Shown here piece after piece: positions 54,585 to 64,000 of a stretch of 64,000 nt of DNA. Where the stretch lies: positions 117,428,001 through 117,492,000 of the forward strand of contig NC_042998.1 in assembly GCF_006345805.1 (NCBI RefSeq), in the 5' to 3' direction. The notes beneath the pieces were generated by a model. It saw only the letters and a program-made list of their open reading frames with translations, searched no databases and was not told the origin of the DNA. This DNA is from Octopus sinensis (Eukaryota). How positions within the stretch are numbered: the first letter of the stretch is position 1; the number at the start of each line of letters is the position of its first letter. Position numbers and translations under genes: made by a program.

Positions 54585-55965
54585 GAAATTCGGGGTGAGT
54601 ACTTGATAATTGTAAGCACCTGTATATACCGTTTGGTGGTGTAGGTGGAGGAGTAAATTGATCAAAATAAAAACATGATGCCAAGGATTCAGCGGTACAT
54701 ATGTTTCGGGCCTTTATTAGACAGATTTATAATAATGCATAATGTATGTCTGTGGCCTTCTTCAGCCGCGCACAACAACTTCCACAAGGACATGTGTTAC
54801 ATCAAAAATTCTAGGTTGGGGATGCAAATCCTCTCATTCGCGTACGACATAATGCGGCAGCAGCATAGAATTGAAGCGTCCATCTCGTTCTTCTCTCAAT
54901 GTAGAATGAGGGAATTTAGATGTTGAAGTAATGTAAATAAATTAACAAATAAATACATATATAGACGTGAAGGGACCTGGTGATAAGAGTAAATAGGGGT
55001 AAAGATGGAGGGGCGAGAATTCAGGGCGAAGGATAAAAAAATATATAAAAAGTGTAAGTATAGAAAAATGTAAAAGTGTAGAGTATAAAGATATAAAGAG
55101 ATATAAGGAGATATAAGGGGGTATAAAGAATATAAAAAAAAATATAAATGAATATAAAGGTATCAAGTTATAAAGTAAAAATAGAAATAGAAATAAAAAT
55201 AAAAATAAAAGCAAAAAAATAAAAATAGGAATAAAAATAGGAATAAAAGTAATAAAAAAATATATAAGGATAAGGGATGTATAGTGGTTACGGACCAAAC
55301 ATGGTGGTCAGGAAAATGACAAAATCCAGTTGTAGAATCAACAGGGGCGTCTGGGGACTTAGTGTGTTGTAAATCAGATCTGTTGAGCGGTTAATCTAGT
55401 TCTTTGAGTTAATTGGTCATCTTGTACATACATACCAGCATGGATACATACACCCATATACACGCGCACATATACGCACGCATACACAGCTCCAAGCATA
55501 TAAGCATACATACGTACTCACGTGTAAACATATACAGAAACCCATATACACCCACACACATGCGCATGTATACATACATACAACAGAATATGCGTATATA
55601 TACCCGGACATTATCCGTGTACATATACATATATACATATATACACACACACGCACATACATATATACATATGCATATACACATATGCACACATATATGC
55701 ACGTGTATAATGTCGTAGATGCCAAAGAAATTACATACCCGGTCGATGAATACTTCACCAGCCAAAGATCCATCGTTGCATCCCAAAGAAGATTCGTACA
55801 ACGTGCTGTAAAGTGACCGGCATCACCCTGAAAGTTGAACCTGCGTTCTATGTCAACCTTCCAAGAGACAGGATATTGCAGCCATTCCAGTTCATATGCT
55901 AAACTACAGTGTGACTGAACGCGAGCTTGTGCATTTTCTCTTCATAGTGGTGACTATCTCTACGA
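54585..55965 (-). mobile_element. Probable degraded PLE 3' part ending in (TA)n
   Basis: HHR at 54692-54769, a low-complexity UTR, and a weak GIY-YIG-like remnant HMNWNGCNIL near 55870-55900. Confidence 0.45.
54692..54769 (-). ncRNA. Type-I hammerhead ribozyme
   Basis: gcgg CTGAAGA a-ggcc-acaga...tctgt...ggcc-c GAAA CATATG TA ccgc. Confidence 0.85.
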
Positions 55966-55987
55966 TGTAATACACACACACAAACAC

Positions 55988-56045
<58 letters not shown>

Positions 56046-56224
56046 TATATATATGAAGATGTACTTGCATAGCGAGTGGCCGGAAGGTATTTATAAGTCA
56101 TTTAAGAAACACACAAAACCGTTAGATTCACTTCAACATTTAATTTAATTTGTCAAAATATTTTCGTCGGTTCATATATAATGCCGGTGTTCCCTGCACC
56201 CTGGGTTACACTTTATTGCCGGTG

Positions 56225-56279
<55 letters not shown>

Positions 56280-56282
56280 ATA

Positions 56283-57191
56283 TGGTAAAACGGTAAGATA
56301 ACAAAAGAAAGAAAGATACCTCAATATTATGTAAATAGAGAAAATTTATCTATACAATGATATGATTAGATAATTGTGTCGCTTTTCTTTTGTTCCAGTG
56401 CCTAAAGCTCAAAGTGTGGTTATTGAACCTGGCCTTGAAGTTACCCTCTGTAAGGCCCACATATTTCTTCGTCGAAACGGTGGTTACAGAGTTTTTAGTG
56501 GTTATAGAGTTTACGGTAGCTTCATATATGATGGTCTTGGACATGCAAGCTCCATTTAGCGGGCACAATTCTTTATTCCTGCATGAACAGCTGTAACTTC
56601 AAGGCAAGGTTCAATAACCACACTTTGAGCTTTAGGCACTGGAACAAAAGAAAAGCGACACAATTATCTAATCATATTTGGTCTTTAAGAGATAAAGGTG
56701 TCGATTATAACATACATTGGAAGATTTTGGCCAGATGCAATCCCTATACCAACGGCAGCGGAAGGTGCGGTCTATGCGACATGGAGAGATGACTTATCTG
56801 GAAAAGCAGCTTAGACCCTACTACATGTCTAAACACAAGGACAGAACTTTTCGGATCATGCCCATATGTGACTAAATTTCTGTTACATTTTTGGTCCCCT
56901 AAAGAAAACAGATAGAACATGCTTTCTATGTTATGTCCCAAGATGATTTTATATATTTTTATATATTTTTTATATATTTTTTATGTATTTTTATATAATT
57001 TTTATGGCGTAAAATGCGAGCGATGTATAAGTACGCAGGCAATCAGAGTTATAACAGAGTAATTTCCCTTTGTATAACGGTATATTTTCATAGCGTTTTC
57101 AAATAGCCAGATAACCGAAGAGATGTCGTGGATTCCACTGCGGCATCTGAAACTCAGAGTTTTATCTTGACTATCGAGTAATGTAACATAT

Positions 57192-57197
<6 letters not shown>
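56283..57197 (+). mobile_element. Nematis-type Penelope-like element, 5'-truncated with inversion, in (TA)n
   Basis: Inverted part CSCRNKELCPLNGACMSKTIIYEATV...KKYVGLTEGNFKARFNNH. Direct part NFKARFNNH...LSNHIWSLRDKG...WKILARC...CGLCDMER*LI...LNTRTELFGSCPY. Pseudo-LTR carries an HHR-like motif. Confidence 0.9.
57109..57167 (+). ncRNA. Non-canonical hammerhead-like motif
   Basis: agataa CCGAAGA GATGTCG...CGGCATC-t GAAA CTCAGAG TT ttatct. U4C change and one extra U before G12. Confidence 0.65.
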
Positions 57198-57247
<50 letters not shown>

Positions 57248-57251
57248 TATA

Positions 57252-57295
<44 letters not shown>

Positions 57296-57300
57296 ATATA

Positions 57301-57563
57301 TAATTCACCAGCAATAAAATTTAACCATGGGTGCAGGGAACACGGGCATTGCTAGAAATAAAAATCCGAAACTCCTTAGTCACACAAGGTAATTTGTTCT
57401 ATGTAACTGACTGGGGAGACATTGCACCTCACCTGAGGTGGGAAGGTTGTCTCCTCTGTTAATTAAATAGAAAGTGCTTTCTGTGACTGAGATATCTCTA
57501 ACTCTTATTTCTAGCAACGACAATGTTCCTCGTCCATTGGTTACTTTTTAGTGACGTTGAATT
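57301..57563. repeat. ~260-bp imperfect fold-back (MITE-like)
   Basis: Nested arms ttgctagaaataa/ttatttctagcaa, agtcaca/tgtgact, ggagaca/tgtctcc and cacctc-acct-gaggtg. The left arm is also inverted at 56180-56230. Confidence 0.7.
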
Positions 57564-57621
57564 CTTTCATTTTGGGATTTAAATTTCCGCTAGCCAACTT
57601 AATTATTTACACGTGTGTCTG

Positions 57622-57672
<51 letters not shown>

Positions 57673-60600
57673 GTGTGCATGCCCCGCGTACACATGTATC
57701 TCTGTGCATAGTGAAACATAGGGATGTTACAGTCAGAACGCAAGGGAACACTAAATGTTTAAAAGAGATGTATAAATATCGAATAAGAGCTAACACGCAC
57801 GAAATAACAGGAAACACCAGGATTACAATTACATTCCAATATATACATAATTATACGCTTCCACTTGCCTGCATACAACTAACAACTATCCCACCGTGCT
57901 CAGATCGGTGTACATGTGAGGTTTTAAGGTAAAGTTATACTGTTAGTTTTGGTATATCTAACAAGTGGAAGGTTAGGATATTTAAATAGATTGGCAACAT
58001 GGGTGACAGATTTTTGTACTTTAAGAATGTGTTAGATAATCGATATTTACGATTGACAAGAAGGCTGCCTATTCTGTTTATATCTATCGCTGCTTTGCAT
58101 CATAATTATGATTTTTGCAATTTAAAGTGCGCACGTTTTCCTATTCCTGCTATACAGTTTGGAATGTTTTACAGTTGACCATTTTATATTTTACTCTACT
58201 AAATTTTGTACCTTTAACTTTCGCTTTCGTCATTAGACTAGAGTAGTGGTATCTCAGTCTCGCCTAGAAATTCGTGTTGTACGCGCCGACGTACGCGATA
58301 TTTTTGGTGAGGCATCTATTATATAAGACAGAGTGCCTAAAGTTCCATAGCTGAAGTTAATCGGGTATTACATGGGTGAAAAGCTGTAGAGTTACTCAGT
58401 GAGGTGATAGTAGAGTGAGGAAGCTATCCGTTGGATGTAATTCACTATAGGGTAATCAGCGTTACCTGATCCCTAGGCTGATAACGAGTAGTTCGCTAAG
58501 TGTAAGTCTAGCGCTAAATTTTCTTTCTTACCTTCTCTGTTTTCTTTCCTTCTTACTCCTCAAATCTAAACCACACCGACTCTTGCATCTTTTGTGCCTC
58601 ACAATTTTCTATATGAAACATTGGCCTTCTAAATTTGGTTTTTTGTTTTTATTTTGTTGCAGTTTTTCTTTTCAGTTGAACACGGCATTTTGTTACGGCG
58701 GACTTAAAAATCCGGTGTGACAATGTAATCTTCATTCATGTGATCTCAGGCTTATTTTTACGTAAGCTTAGCTGTGTTTATTCCATATTAATTGCATCAT
58801 TAATAACATTTCTGACTGATCTTTTAAAAACACAGGAGATGTGTAAGGTTTAAAATATTGCATAAATATTCAATATTTAGATTTACTTAGTATAAGCCTT
58901 CTGGCAAGTTTCAGACGGGAAAAAGTAGCAAATATCGAAGTGGAAGACTAGGATACTCTACGTCAATACGTTGTTACTTTAGTTTAATTTGTATACCAAC
59001 TCATATGTGCATGTGTTATTTGTCCACCGACTCCCATGTTCACCTTTTCTAGTGATTGTTATTTACACCGAGTGCTCAGAGTATAATTAAATTTTCTGGC
59101 ATACGTTGTAGAAAACATAATTGTTGGCAGGGCTTTATAGGACATAAGGCTGTTTGGGCTTTCTGAGTATCAAGTAAAGAAAATTGTCAGATGTCTAGAG
59201 CTTTATGGGAGACAATTCAACTTACATTATTTATAGAAAGGATGAATTGTAATATTTTCACGGTCAAGTTAATCTTCACTTTATCTTTCATTATTTGTGA
59301 GGTGATTATATACTATTGTAGAATTGATTGCTAATAAGCGACGTAAAATCCATCCGACTCATAATTCTGTTTGCTGAAACCCGAACTATAATAAAAATGT
59401 CAATAATGTATACCGAAATCCTATTCTAAGTCATTAAGCCACCGAAGTCACACTTCATAGATTAATAGAAAGATGTTTAGTAACACGCTAGAAATGGGTA
59501 TTTATAACCGCAATTTTTTTTAAGAAATCAGTTGCTGAGGACATAAAAATCTACCGAGAGAACAAATCTTCTAAGCTTGTCTTAACATAATCATACATAC
59601 CCAACTAAACACGCACACTCACACACACATTATATTTAAAGAATTTTATATGCACACCTGCACATACATGAAAGCACTTTTAGTTACGCTGTTTAGTCAC
59701 TAACACACATGAATGTGTGTGTGTTTAATCATACTTGGGCAAAAAGTTCTAAATAGGGTAAACTAGATATGCCCTAAAAGAATATCGTGAATAAAAGAAT
59801 TAATGGACCATTTGGAGTGTTGTCAATATTCTATTCTTTTATATTTTAGTTGCAAAAATATTTTTTCAATTTTTATTGTGTGTCTTTTAGTTAATTCTGA
59901 ATAATGCAATAAAATATTTATTATTCAGTAATACAATGTGCATCCTATATTATTTGCATATATTACTCTCAGTTGCTTAGCGCTAATAAAGTACATTTCT
60001 CCTACATAGCAGTAAGCTGTAAGCAGTAAGTCTGACATATTAAAGTGAATTGTTGATAACTTCAAAATAACTTTTCATAAACTATTCAATTATGTTCGAA
60101 ACAAACCCCATTTTCTATGTTTGAAAATGCGTTTTTATAAACCGACGATAGATACTCTTATTATCAGAATCATTCAGACTTTCTTTTTTTCCTTCTGAAC
60201 ATCACCTTTAAAACATTAAACGCAATTATACAAAACCACGTCATGTTTCCCGCTATGTTTTTCTTGTTGTTTTCCTTGAAGACAACTCTAATAAATGTTG
60301 CTCCCTTTCATCGTCACTGATATTCAGTTAATATAACTAATGTGTCCGTGAATTTTGTATATGCTACGGAACATTTTTAGAAAGATTCGGCTATTGTTTC
60401 TAGCTTGTCACGCCACTACATAATATTAGATGTATATTGCATTCAGTTTCTGAAATATATAACGTTGAAATATTTTATGTTTTTGATCATATGAATTTTT
60501 AAAAGGAAAAGCAAAATTAGGAATACACACACGGCTTTAAAACATCTCAAATACCTTCTCCATAATAAGGAAATTAGCACATATATTGTGGATGACATTC

Positions 60601-61500
60601 TATCGACAATGAGGTTGATGGTTTTAAAGGTCCAATATTTTTGTAACAGAAATGTGGACACTGGAAGGAAATAGCTTTATATTTATAATATAACAGCACA
60701 TTCTACAAATAGTTCATTACTGGTGTTAGATAACCAGTTATCTTGCCACCGTATGAGATGAGAGAATATCGTCTGAAATCAGGATGAGTTAAATATATTC
60801 ATTGGTCTGAGTTACTTCGTTATCTATGTCTTAGTGTAGGAACAGCACTGAAATGACAGAATTTTCAACAACTTTGTGCAAATTTCATATCATCGCTTCT
60901 CAAAATATGTCATCAAATGATAGCTTTTTGTATGGTGCAATTCGTAAATATGTGTGGTACGGCATTGCGCGTAGACACACTGGTGTTAAAAAGCACCAGA
61001 TTTGAGAGATGAATAAAATTAGTTGTGGTATTAATGGAGAGAAAGTGGAAGGAATAATAATAATTGTTAATTATCAGAAACAAATAAGTGTAAATTGAAA
61101 GTAAATGATATGGCTTGAAGAAAAGAACGTAATGAATAAATAATAGATCAAAATATATCTCAATGACAATAAAATTAAATATCTCAAAAGCATATTTACC
61201 TGAATATTTTCGAAAGTTCTAAAGAAAGAATAATAAAGATATATAGAATTTTCATGTGAAAATTACGGAAAAGCTTCCCGTATAATCTGCAATAATTTAT
61301 AGTAAAATATTTTAAAATCTACAAATAATAATGTCCTTATTTACAGGCCTCCAACAATGGGATGATTCCTTAAGAGCATTTGTGAAAATGGTATGTCTAA
61401 CAAAATACATGAAAATTAACGGAAGTTATCCGAAAAGCGCTGGTTTTACACTCAAGCACACATAAGCAGCGCGCGCACACAAAAGCATTCAAACACGCGT

Positions 61501-61544
<44 letters not shown>

Positions 61545-61703
61545 ATACACACATACACACACACACACACGCACATATATATAGATTTCCAGTAAGATTT
61601 CATAAATTAGAATAAACGAAGTATTTGTATATTACGCAAATAATGATTAAATTATACCATATTACAAACTATATATAACAGCCGTTTCATACACTCCATC
61701 AAA

Positions 61704-61884
61704 CGCTCAAACCACTACGCCATATGCCCATGCGCATATGGCGTAGTGGTTAAGAGCGCGGGATACCAACCCCAAGATCCCGAGTTCGATTCCAGGCAGT
61801 GACCTGAATAATAATAACAATAATAACAACAATAATAATAATAATAAAAATAACAACAACAGCATCGAAAAATACCTTAGGAAT
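61704..61884 (+). mobile_element. tRNA-headed SINE 5' part with a fold-back head and internal (AAT)n
   Basis: A-box TGGCGTAGTGG at 61739-61749, B-box GAGTTCGATTCC at 61782-61793, and a perfect 18-bp inverted repeat 61710-61727/61734-61751. Confidence 0.85.
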
Positions 61885-61984
61885 ATAATATTTTGAGTCG
61901 AATGTTGGATTTAGGGTGGATGTTATTTTTAGTTCATTTCATTTTTACTATGATTTTTTTGAGATAAATTTATTACAGTTGAAC

Positions 61985-62264
61985 ATTTGGTTGAATATTT
62001 CCTTGAACATTGGTATTATTAGAGTTACTAATAAAAGAATTGTACATTGTTTACATTATTTACATTATTTGTAAATGTATTTATCGACGGATATGTGTCC
62101 TCATCTTGTTTGTTGTTAACAAAACATTTCGGCTGATATACCCTCCACACATCTTCAGATGACTTGTGGAAATTTCGAATCTGGGTTCTCATTCCTAAGG
62201 TATTTTTCGATGTTGTTGTTGTTGATGTTGCTAATATCATTATTATTATTGTTGTTGTTATTAA

Positions 62265-62337
<73 letters not shown>

Positions 62338-62435
62338 TTTAACCAGTTGGTTGAGTATTTCCTTGAACCTTTATATTATGAGAGTTACTAATAAAAAAAA
62401 TTGTACATTATTTACATTATTTACATTCGGCAGAT
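61985..62435 (-). mobile_element. Partial tandem of the (AAT)n plus HHR tail unit, antisense to the SINE head
   Basis: 62191-62212 is the exact reverse complement of 61863-61884. HHR-like catCTGAAGAtgtgtggagggtatatcagccGAAAtgTT at ~62118-62163. 62341-62430 repeats 61985-62070. Confidence 0.75.
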
Positions 62436-62444
62436 GTTAACCAG

Positions 62445-63790
62445 CTGATAATTTTGGTTCGATACTGTTATAATGGAAAGCCTTGTGAGAGATTTTTAGC
62501 ATTTTTGCCAATAGAAAACCATTCATCCACGACCTTGTTCAACAAAATAACACAACTTCTGGGCAAGCATAAGTTTTCACTTGAAAATATCCGTGGACAG
62601 TCATATGATAATGCTTCCACTATGAAGGGCTTAGAGATAGGGCTGCAAGCACTTCTTAAAAACATTAACAGGTATGCAGACTATGTACCATGTGAAAGCC
62701 ATTCGCTCAACCTTTTTGGAGAAAAGGCACTCTATACTGTACCTGAAGTTGTTGACTATTTTGGCATATTGCAGCAGTAGTATGTTTTCTTTTCTGAATC
62801 ACCAAGAAGACAGCGGATTTTAAACACACGCGACAATCTAGCCTTTTCTTTAAAGAGCTTAAGTGTAACTAGATGGTCTGCACTCTATCAAGTAATCCGA
62901 GAAATTAAAAATGGACAAAGGAATTTCTTTTCTACAAACTCTCAAACATATGTTCGAAGACTTAAAAGAGAAGCCTGAATGTAAGCGAGATGCAAAGAAT
63001 CGGAATATGCTGTTTTAACAGTCAGCTGGAAAGAAGTTATGGAGCATTTTAAGAAAACAAGTAAGAAACTCCAAACACTTGGTTCTGAAGTATTTGAAAA
63101 TTACCTTCTGCTAAGATTTTTGCTTTCATTTGTTAAATAACTACGATAAAATTCAGCCGACACTATGAATCAATAGTAAAAGATTTATGTGAATATATCA
63201 CCTCAAATTATTCAAAATACTTTCTTACAAATAAATTTGTAGATGGAACAAGTGATAGGGATTTTTGAAAGGGGCTGAAAAATGTAGGGTAGCAGTTCTA
63301 AATCAAGTCTATGACTGTTTGATAATCTAGTTAAGCAAGAGGATGGGCCCACATCATCTGATTGCAAGAAAGATTCGAGTTTCTTTCAGAATTGATTAAC
63401 AATTCAGAATTTGACGAGTACAATTTGCATTACAAAAACAATACTGACTACTATTAATAAATTAATGTTATCAGTTCAAAGATTATTTACACCATAGGAA
63501 ATCCCGGAACACAGAAATAAACTCACCATCTAAAATGCAATGCATAGAAGTTCTTCAGCTTATTTATGAGCGACAATTAATTGAAGTGTTCCTTAATATT
63601 ATCACTGCATTTAAGCTGTACTTGACGTTGCCAACACGAACTGTGAAGCAGAAAGACATTTCTTAAAGCCTTCCTTTATAAAAAAAATAAATTTCGGTCT
63701 ACCATGACTGAAGAGCACTTAAACTCCTTATGCATATTGTCTCAAGAAAATGACATTGCAAGGAAGCTATCATGTGACAAAACTTTAATA
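62445..63790 (+). mobile_element. Degraded hAT transposase (ZMYM1-like/Tip100-type)
   Basis: VRY...ERFLAF, IRGQSYDNASTMKG, YVPCESHSLNL, LSVTRWS, LYLTLP..CEAER, NKFRSTMTEEHLNSLCILSQEND. Confidence 0.88.
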
Positions 63791-64000
63791 AAAACGTATT
63801 TTGTAATTATCACATGTATCTTAAATATAAGATTACTATTATATTATATCGACTGTGGCATTTGTTATGTTTTACGTCTTTATTCTATGATGCATCATGC
63901 ATATATTAATTGCTTGCCTAATTATCAACCCCATAACTCAAAAAGTATAAAGCATAGACTGGAAAATATTTGTTTACACCACCGACTTTGAGAATCACAA

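Noticed and set aside
56100-56170. Minus-strand cgacGAAAatatTTtgacaaa, half of a possible HHR
   Set aside because: Truncated before the 5' core, so it cannot be supported from this window.
56789-56793. In-frame TGA in the Nematis GIY-YIG as a possible selenocysteine (as in some Naiad PLEs)
   Set aside because: Single copy, not at a Cys motif position, no SECIS recognised, and the domain order is not Naiad-like. Likely a nonsense mutation.
61734-61804. tRNA gene
   Set aside because: A and B boxes are present, but the acceptor and anticodon stems pair poorly and it runs into (AAT)n. Better explained as a SINE head.

Overview
AT-rich, microsatellite-dense eukaryotic DNA with no convincing host protein-coding gene. 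The SINE families and repeat content suggest a cephalopod, probably an octopus (inference). Most ORFs in the track are microsatellite read-through or transposon debris. Recognisable elements: three R4/Dong-type RLE LINEs next to (AAT)n, a degraded CR1 LINE, a HERO-like LINE, Penelope-like elements (PLEs) of the Neptune and Nematis types, piggyBac, Chapaev3, hAT and mariner remnants, a non-autonomous Helitron and many tRNA-derived SINEs. The main signal not shown by the ORF track is about 14 minimal type-I hammerhead ribozyme (HHR) motifs, from intact to degenerate, each with a palindromic helix III that differs between families. They occur in PLE pseudo-LTRs, in non-coding retrozyme-like units with partial tandem or inverted structure inserted in (TA)n, and in what appears to be a tRNA-headed SINE with an HHR tail. 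Diverged copies inside the window show compensatory base changes, and one family carries a U3-A8 catalytic core. All structures were read by eye and nothing was computed.
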